The notes below the pieces were generated by a model. It saw nothing but the letters and a program-made list of their open reading frames with translations, made no database searches and was not told the origin of the DNA. DNA of 64,000 bases from assembly GCA_003214215.1 (NCBI GenBank), contig QCLX01000001.1, forward strand, positions 96,026 to 160,025. The letters are read 5' to 3'. The first letter of the stretch is position 1. Every line of letters begins with the position of its first letter. Source of the stretch: Prochlorococcus sp. AG-418-G18 (lineage in GTDB: Bacteria > Cyanobacteriota > Cyanobacteriia > PCC-6307 > Cyanobiaceae). Positions 54,432 to 64,000 of this stretch are shown piece by piece. Position numbers and translations under genes: made by a program.

Positions 54432-55301
54432 ATGCTTCGCATTTCTGCAAGGGATTTTTTATTTTGGAAAAAAAAGCAACTTTCTAAAGGTGGAGATCAA
54501 GAATCTTTAGCTTTTTTGCTTGACAGTGTAGGCGGCATATCTACTAAAGACCAAAAATTTATAGGAATAAATCCTGAGGGAAACTTATATTTAAAAAAAA
54601 ATTTAGATTTCTTAGAATCTAATTGGGATAATCATTTACAAAAGTCTTACCCAATCCAATATATTTGCGGGATAACTTTTTGGAGGGACTTAAGATTAAT
54701 AGTTACAAACAAGGTACTAATTCCTAGGCCGGAGACAGAGCTTATCATTGATATTGTAATAAAGATATTTGGAAAAAAATCACAAAAATTATTTTTTACT
54801 GAATTAGGAACTGGATCAGGTGCTATAAGTATTGCCTTGGCATTAGAGTACCCATTGTGGAATGGAATAGCAACTGATATTGATCAAGATGCATTAGAAA
54901 TAGCCACTAAAAATTATAAAAATTCTTCTAATCAATCAAATTTAAAATTTTTTTGTGGGCATTGGTGGACTCCTTTAGAAAGTTTTCAAGGAAAATTAGA
55001 TCTTGCTATTTCAAACCCGCCATATATTCCTAAAATTATTTATGAAAGACTACCAAAGGAAGTTAAAAATTTCGAACCAAAAATTGCTTTATTAGGGGGC
55101 GATGATGGTTTGAAACATATTAGAGAAATAATCCAAAAAGCACCATTATTTTTAAAAGAAAAAGGATGGCTAATTTTAGAGAATCATTTTGATCAAGGTG
55201 AGCAAGTAAAAAAACTACTTATTGAAAATAAATTTACATCAATAGAAATTGTGAATGATCTTTCAGGTATTGGAAGGTTTACCATTGGAAGATATAAATA
55301 G
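54432..55301 (+). CDS. prmC: Release factor glutamine methyltransferase
   Basis: P.QYI.G, LIPRPETE, LGTGSG, SNPPY. Confidence 0.95.
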   Translation: MLRISARDFLFWKKKQLSKGGDQESLAFLLDSVGGISTKDQKFIGINPEGNLYLKKNLDFLESNWDNHLQKSYPIQYICGITFWRDLRLIVTNKVLIPRPETELIIDIVIKIFGKKSQKLFFTELGTGSGAISIALALEYPLWNGIATDIDQDALEIATKNYKNSSNQSNLKFFCGHWWTPLESFQGKLDLAISNPPYIPKIIYERLPKEVKNFEPKIALLGGDDGLKHIREIIQKAPLFLKEKGWLILENHFDQGEQVKKLLIENKFTSIEIVNDLSGIGRFTIGRYK

Positions 55302-55324
55302 GTTATTATTGGATCATAATCTAA

Positions 55325-55906
55325 GTGAATTTAATAGATTACAAATCGGCTTCGCAGACTCTTAAAAGTGGTTTACCTATAATTTTCCCAACGGACACCT
55401 TACCAGCAATTGGATGCTTGCCAAAATTCTCAAATATTATTTATGAGTTTAAAAAAAGAGATAGAAATAAACCCTTAATTCTTATGGGATCAGAATATAA
55501 ACAATTAATCGATTATGTTCATGAATCAGCAAAAGAAGATTTTGAAAACATAGCTTCAAAATATTGGCCTGGAGCTCTGACAATGATTATTCCTACTTCA
55601 GAAAAGCAGACTGAAATCCTCACAAGCAATGATCTTACTCTTGGTTTGAGAATCCCAAATTCGCAAAAGGCTCAATCTCTTATGAAAGAAACAGGACCAT
55701 TGTTAACTTCTAGTGCAAATATTTCAGGTTTTACGGGATCAATTACTGTTGAAAGTATTGCTTTAGACTTCCCTACTGTGGAAATTTTGGGCCCTATTCC
55801 ATGGGAAAAAAATAGTGGAAAAGCTAGTACTATCATATTTTGGAAGAGAAGAGGTGTTTGGAGGTTGATTAGGCAAGGAGATGTATTAGTTAAGGAAAAG
55901 TTTTAA
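55325..55906 (+). CDS. tsaC: Threonylcarbamoyl-AMP synthase (SUA5/YrdC family)
   Basis: FPTDT, K.R...KPL, WPGALT, SSANISG. Confidence 0.9.
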   Translation: MNLIDYKSASQTLKSGLPIIFPTDTLPAIGCLPKFSNIIYEFKKRDRNKPLILMGSEYKQLIDYVHESAKEDFENIASKYWPGALTMIIPTSEKQTEILTSNDLTLGLRIPNSQKAQSLMKETGPLLTSSANISGFTGSITVESIALDFPTVEILGPIPWEKNSGKASTIIFWKRRGVWRLIRQGDVLVKEKF

Positions 55907-56073
55907 TGTTATTATTATTATTTTTTGTTTTACTAATTCAATTTTTTACTTATTGGATATTTGAACCCCTTGCATTTTTTTTAGAGTATGTCCTTGAAAT
56001 AAGATTCTTACCTATCATTGCTCTAATAGGTCTGATTTTATTATTTTCGTCAAAAAATATTGAAAAACAGTAA
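55906..56073 (+). CDS. Small hydrophobic membrane protein (not in ORF track)
   Basis: Hand translation (55 aa) MLLLLFFVLLIQFFTYWIFEPLAFFLEYVLEIRFLPIIALIGLILLFSSKNIEKQ; TAATG overlap with the tsaC stop. Confidence 0.6.
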   Translation: MLLLLFFVLLIQFFTYWIFEPLAFFLEYVLEIRFLPIIALIGLILLFSSKNIEKQ

Positions 56074-56082
56074 ATTAAAAAA

Positions 56083-56154
56083 TGCCGGCTAACAGATTTG
56101 AACTGATGACCTTCGCTTTACAAAAGCGCTGCTCTACCGCTGAGCTAAGCCGGC
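56083..56154 (-). tRNA. trnT: tRNA-Thr(UGU)
   Basis: Reverse complement GCCGGCTTAGCTCAGCGGTAGAGCAGCGCTTTTGTAAAGCGAAGGTCATCAGTTCAAATCTGTTAGCCGGCA. Confidence 0.95.
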
Positions 56155-56217
56155 ATTTTACTATCTTACAATTAAGGAGGATCAATTATTAGTATTTTTT
56201 TTGCTTTTTAAAATTTA

Positions 56218-56553
56218 TTACTTTTTGATATCTTTATCACTTTTATTATTCTTATCATTTTTTTTAAACTTTATTTCTCCGGCAACAGTTCTTTTGATTG
56301 GTAAATTGGCTACTAATGCAGTCATTCTATCCTCAGTCTCTAAACTTACTGCTACCTCTTCAAAATCAATCTCAACATATTTAGCAACAACATCAAGAAT
56401 TTCTTTTCTCATTTTATCCAAAAGATCAGTTGTTAATGAATTCATATCAACTCTGTCATGAGCAAGTACAAGTTGTAATCTTTCTCTAGCTGTATTTGCA
56501 CTAGCTGTTTCTCTACCAAGTAGTTTGTTTATAAGGTCTCTGAGTGTCATCAT
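56218..56553 (-). CDS. minE: Cell division topological specificity factor
   Basis: [24 protein letters not shown]. Confidence 0.97.
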   Translation of the reverse strand: MMTLRDLINKLLGRETASANTARERLQLVLAHDRVDMNSLTTDLLDKMRKEILDVVAKYVEIDFEEVAVSLETEDRMTALVANLPIKRTVAGEIKFKKNDKNNKSDKDIKK

Positions 56554-56554
56554 T

Positions 56555-57370
56555 TTAAAAAACCTTTGTTTGCATTAATCTCATGAATTTATCTTTAAGG
56601 CTTTTACCTTCATTTTTTGGATCAATAATTGGGACGTCCTTTCCTGTAAGTCTTTGAGAAACATTTAAATAACATTTTTTTGCAGGAGATCTGCCATCTG
56701 TAAGTGTCAGAGGCTCACCTCTATTTGTACTTATTATCACTTGTTCATCTTCTAAAACAATACCCAACAAGGGCAAAGAAAGTATCCCTTGCACATCATC
56801 GATAGATAGCATTTCTTGACTAGCCATCATGTTAGGGCGAACTCTATTAATTACAAGCTGGATAGGCTCAATATCAGAAGTATTGAGAATCCCTATTACT
56901 CTATCTGCATCGCGTACTGCAGATAATTCCGGGTTAGTAACAACAATGGCTTCTTTACAAGCCGCAAGAGCATTTTTAAAGCCATCTTCTACACCAGCAG
57001 GGCAATCTACTAAGACAAAATCAAATTTCTCACTAAGCAGGTCACTAATTTTTTTCATATCCTCTGGTTTCATCCAATCCAACATCCGAGGATCCCCAGC
57101 AGGAAGGAGAGCAAGATTAGGCTCTTTTTTATGTCTAACCAATGCTTGATCAAGACGACAATTCTTGTCTAGAACATCTTGAGCAGTATATATAATGCGA
57201 TTTTCTAATCCTAGAAGGAGATCTAAATTTCTTAAGCCAAAATCAGCATCTAATACAGCAGTTGTAGCTCCACTGTTAGCAAGTGCTATTCCCAGGTTTG
57301 CAGTTAGAGTGGTTTTACCAACTCCACCTTTACCTGAACAAATTAGTATTGTGCGTGTATTTTCCGCCAC
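56555..57370 (-). CDS. minD: Septum site-determining ATPase
   Basis: [24 protein letters not shown]. Confidence 0.98.
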   Translation of the reverse strand: MAENTRTILICSGKGGVGKTTLTANLGIALANSGATTAVLDADFGLRNLDLLLGLENRIIYTAQDVLDKNCRLDQALVRHKKEPNLALLPAGDPRMLDWMKPEDMKKISDLLSEKFDFVLVDCPAGVEDGFKNALAACKEAIVVTNPELSAVRDADRVIGILNTSDIEPIQLVINRVRPNMMASQEMLSIDDVQGILSLPLLGIVLEDEQVIISTNRGEPLTLTDGRSPAKKCYLNVSQRLTGKDVPIIDPKNEGKSLKDKFMRLMQTKVF

Positions 57371-57481
57371 GATTATAAGGATTTTCCAAATAATAAAGCC
57401 ACTTGCGGAAAGTTAAATATTTTAAAGATTAAGTAATTCTTAAATTTATTGCCTTTAAATTAATTTATTGCAAATGATTGA

Positions 57482-58144
57482 TTAATTTTTTGTTTCGATT
57501 ATGTATGGCTTGATAAGTATCGTTTGTTTTTCTATCACAGCAATTTCTGGATAATAATTTTTGGGTTTATCTTTTGGTCCAATGGCTATTACATCTGCAA
57601 TTCGTAATTGTAAAGGGCTTAAATAAAGTGATGCAATAGAGGCGTTTTTATTCCCATTTTTCCCTGCAAAGGCGATCCCTAGTAATTTGCCCCAAACGTA
57701 AATATTTTTCTTAGCGGAAACTATGGCTCCTGGATTTACGTCACCAATAATGCATAGGTTTCCATTTGAAGATATTCTGTTACCTGATCTTACTGTTCCT
57801 TCATGAAGAATATCGTCTTTCTTTTTTGAATTGATTACAAGTAACTTATTTTTAATCTCTTGCTCATTAACAAAATTTGAATCTACTTTTAAGGACTTCC
57901 CACTTAGTACTGTATCTCTATTATTTGAGTAAATACGTAAGGAGAAAATATTATTTTTGTTGAAAAAAATTTTTATTTTTGATAATTGATGCGAACTTAT
58001 TGATTCATTAATTGCGAAAATTTTTGCTTCTAGAGGTTCCTTCATGGAAGCAAATTTTTTGAAAGTTTCATTGGTATTATTTAAATCTTCAAAAGAAAGA
58101 ATTTCAAAATAATTACTTTTATTGTTATTTAAAACGATTTCCAT
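57482..58144 (-). CDS. minC: Septum site-determining protein MinC
   Basis: TVRSG, GDVNPGA, VWGKL.G.A.AG, QLRIA. Confidence 0.93.
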   Translation of the reverse strand: MEIVLNNNKSNYFEILSFEDLNNTNETFKKFASMKEPLEAKIFAINESISSHQLSKIKIFFNKNNIFSLRIYSNNRDTVLSGKSLKVDSNFVNEQEIKNKLLVINSKKKDDILHEGTVRSGNRISSNGNLCIIGDVNPGAIVSAKKNIYVWGKLLGIAFAGKNGNKNASIASLYLSPLQLRIADVIAIGPKDKPKNYYPEIAVIEKQTILIKPYIIETKN

Positions 58145-58154
58145 TGAATAAAAT

Positions 58155-59411
58155 TTAGTAATTATTTCTTATTAATGAAATTTGATTTTTAATGTCATTT
58201 TTGATCAATCTTGGATAAATAATAAAAGAGCTTTCCTCAGGTCTCATTAAAGTTTTTATTAACGAAGAACTTTTTTCTAATGAGTTTTGATAGGTGCCAT
58301 CCCATATTTTAAGTGCATTGTTAGATTCAAAACCTTTGAAAGACCTTTCCTTAATGCCACAAAATATTTCTGAATCATAATTATTTTTTTCACATAATCT
58401 TCTTGCAAATGCGAGGATTTTTAATCTTTCTAATTTACTTAAAAAACTTATGTCTGATGCCTTTAATAAATCTCTATCAATAAACATTTTGCATAGTGTG
58501 GAAAGTGGCTCGAAAGATTCATCTTTCCATCTAATTAAATGATAGTAAAACGTTACATCATCATTTCTTATGAAATCATCAAAATCAACCTTTGCAGGAG
58601 AAAATATCCATTTGTGTAGAGATTTATCTAACCAAATTTTCTTTTCAAAATTGTTTTTTATTGTTGATATTATTTTTTCCAGAATCCATGTAGATATTTC
58701 GTTAATTCTGTGATTATAGATAGTTCTATACATCAAGTTTCTTAGTACAAGGAAATGCTCAATAGCCAAAACTCCTTTTGGTTTGATTGCAATATTTCCA
58801 TCAGGCGAAAAAGTAAGCGCTGAAATAATTCTTTCTAAATCTATTAATCCATATTTTGTCCCTGTGTTATAGCTATCGCGTAAAAGATAATCTAGACGAT
58901 CGCAATCAATTTCACTGCTAATCAATGTCTTTAAGGGTTTTGAAAATATTTGTTTTGATTCAAATAATTCGCCAATTTGTTTTGGTAATTCCTTGTCATA
59001 TTTTTTTAGGATTGAATTTATTGGAGAATAATTTTTAACTAATTTTTGAGACCATTCTTCATGATTATGATCGAATATTGTTTCACTAGTATGACTTAAA
59101 GGTCCATGACCTAGATCGTGTAATAGAGCTGCTCCATAAAGGACAAATTTATTTTCACAAAATGAAGATTTATTTTCAATTAATCTCTGATATATTTTTC
59201 TAGCGATACAAAAAACGCCAATAGAGTGTGTAAATCGGCTCGATTCCGCACCATGAAAAAGTAATGATGCAGAGCCTAATTGTTTTATTCTTCTCAACCT
59301 TTGAAAAGCAATCGAATCAATTAATTCCATAATCATCAACTCTTCTGGCTTTTCTGAATCAAATACTATTTCTTTGTGAATTGGATCATGAAAAATTCTT
59401 TTTATGCTCAT
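58155..59411 (-). CDS. HD domain phosphohydrolase (dNTPase-like)
   Basis: FQRLRRIKQLG, SRFTHSIG, LLHDLGHGPLSH, D.DRLDYL.RD. Confidence 0.9.
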   Translation of the reverse strand: MSIKRIFHDPIHKEIVFDSEKPEELMIMELIDSIAFQRLRRIKQLGSASLLFHGAESSRFTHSIGVFCIARKIYQRLIENKSSFCENKFVLYGAALLHDLGHGPLSHTSETIFDHNHEEWSQKLVKNYSPINSILKKYDKELPKQIGELFESKQIFSKPLKTLISSEIDCDRLDYLLRDSYNTGTKYGLIDLERIISALTFSPDGNIAIKPKGVLAIEHFLVLRNLMYRTIYNHRINEISTWILEKIISTIKNNFEKKIWLDKSLHKWIFSPAKVDFDDFIRNDDVTFYYHLIRWKDESFEPLSTLCKMFIDRDLLKASDISFLSKLERLKILAFARRLCEKNNYDSEIFCGIKERSFKGFESNNALKIWDGTYQNSLEKSSSLIKTLMRPEESSFIIYPRLIKNDIKNQISLIRNNY

Positions 59412-59449
59412 AGTGTTTTAAATTTCTAAATTATTAATCTTTTATTTAC

Positions 59450-60739
59450 TCAAGGTTTTATTTCTTCATAACTTTCTTCGCTGGTTAGTATCGAAATCTC
59501 TTCTTTTTCTAGAAGTGAAGTCAGAAATAATTCTGCATTTTTCACCCATTTATCTTCAGCACTGCCGTATTCACTTGCATCAGGAAGATCCAGTAACTTG
59601 TCAGGTGTCATGCCTTGACCTTGGATATTATTACCCTTGGGAGTTAAGTAACTGGCAACTGTGATAGCTATTCCACTGTCTTCTCCTAAACTTTTTAAGG
59701 ATTGAATTAAACCTTTCCCATAGGTTTGTTCTCCCATCAGAATTGATCTGCCGTTATCTTGTAAAGAACCTGCAAGTATTTCACTGGCACTAGCAGTCCC
59801 TTTATTTACTAACGTTACCATTGGGCCATCAAAAGATGTCTCTTTTTGAGAAATTATTGCATCTTTGATTCCATTTCTATTTTTTGTCTCTACTACTGGT
59901 CTCTCACTCAACAATGAGTCTGCGACTGCGATTCCTGAGCTTACTAGTCCTCCTGAGTTATTCCTAAGATCTAAGATCAGTCCTTCAACCTCTTTCTCTT
60001 TTAACTCTTGAAGAGCTTCTTCAACTTTCTTGGGTACGCTTTCGCTAAATTGAGTGATCCTTAAATACCCTATTGTGTGGGAATCGTCTCTTAATCTTTT
60101 TGTCCTCACTGGTCTCAGGTCTACTGATCTCCTTTCTAAATCTACCTCCCTAATTTCTCCTGATTCCGAAGATATTTCAACTAAAACTTTTGATCCTGAT
60201 TCACCTCTTAATTTAGAGGCAGTATTTGCAAGGCCTAGTTCTTCTGATGAAATTCCATCTACTTTCTCTATTAAATCACCGCTAACTATTCCTGCTTCTT
60301 CGGCTGGTGAGCCGCCAAGAGTAGAAACAATTTTAACTTTATTGGTTCCATCATCTTCACCTAGTTGAAGCCCAACTCCATTAATCTCGCTACCAAAATT
60401 ACTTGATTTAAGGAGTTCATAATCTTTTGGACGTAAAATTCTTGTATAAGGATCGTCTAGAGGTCTTAACATGTCTTCAATTGCGGAATAAGCCTCTTCA
60501 GTTGTTTCAATTTGTTTCTGTAATGTTTTTTGTCTAATTCTCTTCCATTGGATTTCATCAAACTTTTCTGGATCATAAAAACCCTCATTGACCAAGGTCC
60601 AAGCGTCAAGTACTAATTGCCTGCTATCACTGAGAGCATCTACACTTTCAATGAATAAAAAATTTGTAGAAAAAATACTGACCATTAGTATCATGATCAA
60701 TATTTTGAATGTTAAAAGTTTGTTAAAAGATGAATTCAT
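59450..60739 (-). CDS. ctpA: C-terminal processing protease (S41 family; CtpA)
   Basis: DPYT, PDZ domain, DLRNNSGG, ASASEI, TYGKG; adjacent to petB. Confidence 0.88.
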   Translation of the reverse strand: MNSSFNKLLTFKILIMILMVSIFSTNFLFIESVDALSDSRQLVLDAWTLVNEGFYDPEKFDEIQWKRIRQKTLQKQIETTEEAYSAIEDMLRPLDDPYTRILRPKDYELLKSSNFGSEINGVGLQLGEDDGTNKVKIVSTLGGSPAEEAGIVSGDLIEKVDGISSEELGLANTASKLRGESGSKVLVEISSESGEIREVDLERRSVDLRPVRTKRLRDDSHTIGYLRITQFSESVPKKVEEALQELKEKEVEGLILDLRNNSGGLVSSGIAVADSLLSERPVVETKNRNGIKDAIISQKETSFDGPMVTLVNKGTASASEILAGSLQDNGRSILMGEQTYGKGLIQSLKSLGEDSGIAITVASYLTPKGNNIQGQGMTPDKLLDLPDASEYGSAEDKWVKNAELFLTSLLEKEEISILTSEESYEEIKP

Positions 60740-60810
60740 TGGGTTAAGTGTTAACACCAAGTATAAGAATTTTAAGTAAGCTCTTTATATCAAAGCTAAT
60801 TTTTTTTTGG

Positions 60811-61467
60811 ATGGCGAATTCTTCATCTGTTTATGACTGGTTTCAAGAGAGACTTGAAATTCAAGACATAACTGACGACGTAACTTCCAAGTACGTACCC
60901 CCTCACGTAAATATTTTTTATTGTTTAGGAGGCATAACTTTAGTATGCTTCTTAATCCAATTTGCAACAGGTTTTGCAATGACTTTTTACTATAAGCCAA
61001 CAGTTACACAGGCCTACAGCTCAGTAAGTTATCTGATGACTGATGTAAGTTTTGGATGGTTAATTAGATCTGTACATAGATGGAGTGCATCTATGATGGT
61101 TTTAATGTTAATTCTTCATGTTTTTAGGGTATATCTTACTGGCGGATTCAAAAGACCAAGAGAATTAACTTGGGTAACAGGGGTTGTAATGGCTGTAATA
61201 ACTGTGGCTTTTGGAGTTACAGGATATTCTTTACCTTGGGATCAGGTTGGTTATTGGGCAGTCAAAATTGTTTCTGGTGTGCCTGCAGCAATCCCAGTAA
61301 TTGGTGATTTTATGGTTGAACTACTTAGGGGTGGAGAAAGTGTTGGACAATCCACTCTTACAAGATTCTATAGTCTTCATACTTTCGTCTTGCCATGGTC
61401 ATTAGCAGTTTTCATGTTGATGCATTTTCTAATGATTCGTAAACAAGGTATTTCAGGTCCTCTATAA
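60811..61467 (+). CDS. petB: Cytochrome b6
   Basis: [32 protein letters not shown]; start ATG 60811. Confidence 0.99.
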   Translation: MANSSSVYDWFQERLEIQDITDDVTSKYVPPHVNIFYCLGGITLVCFLIQFATGFAMTFYYKPTVTQAYSSVSYLMTDVSFGWLIRSVHRWSASMMVLMLILHVFRVYLTGGFKRPRELTWVTGVVMAVITVAFGVTGYSLPWDQVGYWAVKIVSGVPAAIPVIGDFMVELLRGGESVGQSTLTRFYSLHTFVLPWSLAVFMLMHFLMIRKQGISGPL

Positions 61468-61500
61468 ACTTCTATACTTAAACTATTATCAGATTTTCAC

Positions 61501-61983
61501 ATGTCGACGTTAAAGAAACCAGATCTATCTGATCCAAAATTAAGAGCAAAATTAGCTAAAGGTATGGGCCATAACTATTATGGAGAACCAGCTTGGCCAA
61601 ATGATTTACTATATATTTTCCCAGTAGTTATTTTAGGAACCATAGCCTGTGTTGTCGGATTAGCAGTCCTTGACCCTGCAATGTTAGGGGATAAAGCAAA
61701 TCCATTCGCAACTCCTCTAGAAATACTGCCAGAATGGTACCTTTATCCAGTTTTTCAAATACTAAGGGTAGTCCCCAATAAACTTTTAGGTATTGCGCTT
61801 CAAACCTTAATTCCGCTTGGATTAATGATTTTACCATTTATTGAAAACGTTAATAAATTCTCTAATCCCTTTAGAAGACCAATAGCAATGTCTGTTTTCT
61901 TGTTCGGAACTTTTTTAACAATATATCTTGGTATTGGTGCATGCTTACCTATTGATAAATCATTAACTTTAGGACTGTTTTAG
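61501..61983 (+). CDS. petD: Cytochrome b6f subunit IV
   Basis: [17 protein letters not shown]. Confidence 0.99.
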
Positions 61984-61985
61984 GT

Positions 61986-63425
61986 CTAAATCATAAACAT
62001 ATCTAGATCATTATTCTCTTCTCTCAGAAAATGGTTCATTAGTAAAAATCCTACAATTGTCCAAGTTTGATATGTTCTTGATTGTTGCCCCACCCAAGTG
62101 CCTGTAGGTCCATCAAAATATTCGGCCCATTCTTGTTTAGGTAATTGATTAAGTTGACACCAATATGATTCTTCTATTAAGGATTTCATTTCTTCCATAA
62201 GAATTACATCATCAGATGCATAATTCTTTTGATGTAGAAGAACAGCTGCACCAAAAAACCAAAGTAAACTTGGCCAATGACCACCATTATGGTAACTCCA
62301 AGGCCAATTTTTTGGATCAGATCCAGTTTTATTTTGCCATTCTTCTATATCCATGTGAGGATGACAAATTCTCATAGGCATTTGTGCCATTAAATGCTGC
62401 CTGTTATGTAAAACCAATCTAAATAAGGCTCTTTGTTCTGCAGGAGGCAGAACTCCAAAAATACACGCTAAGGAATTCCCTAAACTATAAAATCTAAAGT
62501 CAGGTCTCCCTGTTCTAATATTTCCAATTAAATAACCGCCTCTATTCTCTAACCAATCTTGAAGCCATGATGGGACTACTTGAGGTTGAACGTTGAATTC
62601 ATTAAAGTGTTGATCATCTCCATATTGCTCTGTTGGTCTTCTTCTTAAAATTTGCATTGTTTGGCTGGTAACCCAATAATGTTTTAAGAGAAAACCACCT
62701 AAATCCTTAACCCATTGATTTGTAAGGATAAGTCTTTGCTCCAAAAGTCTACTTACATGATCTGCTCGACTTAATTCCATTAAGTTTATACAACTTTTTA
62801 AACATCCATGAAGTAAAACTTCAACTTCTAGAGGAGCTCCCCATACGTCCATGGGTCTATCAATCATAAATGCACAATCTGGAACAAAAAGTACGGGAGT
62901 ACCCTCAAATGTTGGATGCAGAACTAGATCTAGTAAAAGTTGAATACCTCTTTGAACACTCTGACTTTTTCCGAAGGCATAATCGCCGCTTTTATTGACA
63001 TAATACCAACATAAAATGGGCCACCATAAACTTGCATCTGCTGAAGTGATCCTACCTATTGATCTCTGACCGTAGTCTCCAATAAGCTTTCCATTTTCTT
63101 CTACGAAACTAGTAGGAAATACGCCACGTGTTTGGTAATTAGAGCTTTGTAATTCAAGGCATACACTTAGGAACTTTTTGACAATTTCATACCGTTTTTG
63201 GGTAATGAGGTAAATCATTACCGGAACGTTGTCTCTTAAAAATATTTCACCATAATTCAACTTTTTATTTTTTGTTGGGTGTTCAAGTGCCGCAACACTA
63301 CCTACTAGCTCGCCTGATATCTCAACTAAAGTCTTCTCGAAGTGTTGTTTTGCATTTGTTACAATTTTTTCTTCATCTGAACTTGGTCTTACTCTTAAAT
63401 TTTTTTGACTAAATCTTTCTGCCAT
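61986..63425 (-). CDS. Alkaline/neutral invertase (GH100)
   Basis: D.SLWW, MIDRPMD, YHNGGHWP, W.EYFDG, QTWTI. Confidence 0.93.
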   Translation of the reverse strand: MAERFSQKNLRVRPSSDEEKIVTNAKQHFEKTLVEISGELVGSVAALEHPTKNKKLNYGEIFLRDNVPVMIYLITQKRYEIVKKFLSVCLELQSSNYQTRGVFPTSFVEENGKLIGDYGQRSIGRITSADASLWWPILCWYYVNKSGDYAFGKSQSVQRGIQLLLDLVLHPTFEGTPVLFVPDCAFMIDRPMDVWGAPLEVEVLLHGCLKSCINLMELSRADHVSRLLEQRLILTNQWVKDLGGFLLKHYWVTSQTMQILRRRPTEQYGDDQHFNEFNVQPQVVPSWLQDWLENRGGYLIGNIRTGRPDFRFYSLGNSLACIFGVLPPAEQRALFRLVLHNRQHLMAQMPMRICHPHMDIEEWQNKTGSDPKNWPWSYHNGGHWPSLLWFFGAAVLLHQKNYASDDVILMEEMKSLIEESYWCQLNQLPKQEWAEYFDGPTGTWVGQQSRTYQTWTIVGFLLMNHFLREENNDLDMFMI

Positions 63426-63504
63426 TTCATTTATATCCCTTTATTTAAGCCTAGTTGTTTAAAGAGACTTTGAACAAATAAAAAATTAATAAAAAATTTT
63501 TGTA

Positions 63505-64000
63505 TAAAAGGTTGCACAATTACTGTCGGATGGTTTAGTATTTTCTTCTGGGCAAAAATATATATTTTTTGCATTATTCAAGAAATTACCTTAAATATTA
63601 TTTTCGGTAAATGAATGAATTTTTTGGAGATTTGATTTCGATCATTATTTCCAGCCAGAAGAAGGGTTTTACCTTCTAATTGAGTTATTCAATTTTGTTT
63701 AACTCTGCACCTAGAAAACTTAAAAACTTAGGAACTGATGCTTTTATTGCGTCAAAACTTTATCAAATTTAAATTTGGTAATTTTGAGATGTATTTGCAA
63801 TAAAGGTGTGAGGTCCCGTCAAGAATATATAAATTGTTTTCAATTGCTAACTTTTAGTTTTTGAAAACCAACGGATCTGAGATCTTGGAAAGTCACTTTG
63901 AAATATTTTTAATGTGCACTCAAAGTAATCCTTAAGTTATTTAAGGAGGCTGAACCTAAATAAATTAAGTCAATCTTGATTTTATTTGGAGAATGCAATT
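63505..64000 (+). promoter_or_regulatory. Probable rRNA operon promoter and 16S leader (16S would lie beyond the window)
   Basis: TTGCAC-N18-TAGTAT promoter (63512-63541) with an A/T-rich UP element; boxA-like GCACCTAGAAAAC (63707-63719); >500 bp without ORFs; rrn placement is inferred. Confidence 0.6.

Noticed and set aside
644-61837. Many 60-110 aa antisense or out-of-frame ORFs in the track (e.g. 26441-26773, 35022-35354, 47839-48153, 52036-52311, 56829-57149, 60054-60368)
   Set aside because: They are shadows of well-supported genes and have no motifs or independent signals.
63426-64000. Long ORF-free stretch as a novel ncRNA or island
   Set aside because: Better explained as an rRNA operon promoter and leader; no mature rRNA sequence is in the window, so no rRNA is called.

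Overview
Very AT-rich, compact core-genome segment of a marine picocyanobacterium. It most resembles high-light Prochlorococcus: a lone degenerate cpeB with cpeS, photolyase next to a NUDIX gene, amt1 with an NtcA box, psbEFLJ, psbB-psbT, psbK, psbM, petBD, ndhCKJ, chlD and minCDE, ending in what looks like the rRNA operon promoter/leader. It holds about 60 housekeeping CDS, several too short for the ORF track (psbK, psbF, psbT, psbM and three small ORFs), and three tRNAs (Ile-CAU, Phe-GAA, Thr-UGU). The only clearly accessory DNA is a ~0.8 kb islet at the 3' end of tRNA-Phe. It is bounded by a 32/34-nt direct repeat of the tRNA 3' end and has no integrase. It carries five copies of an 11-bp motif clustered towards both ends, a perfect 20-bp palindrome, and one unannotated 57-aa ORF (amphipathic helix plus EEKPVE repeats). 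This is the best candidate for something undescribed, possibly a minimal non-autonomous integrative cassette. Other leads are a multi-stem RNA-like structure upstream of the DUF3155 gene, an NtcA-like palindrome just upstream of tRNA-Ile(CAU), and a Hik2-like kinase that seems short of Fe-S cysteines. All assignments come from reading the sequence; no database searches were run.
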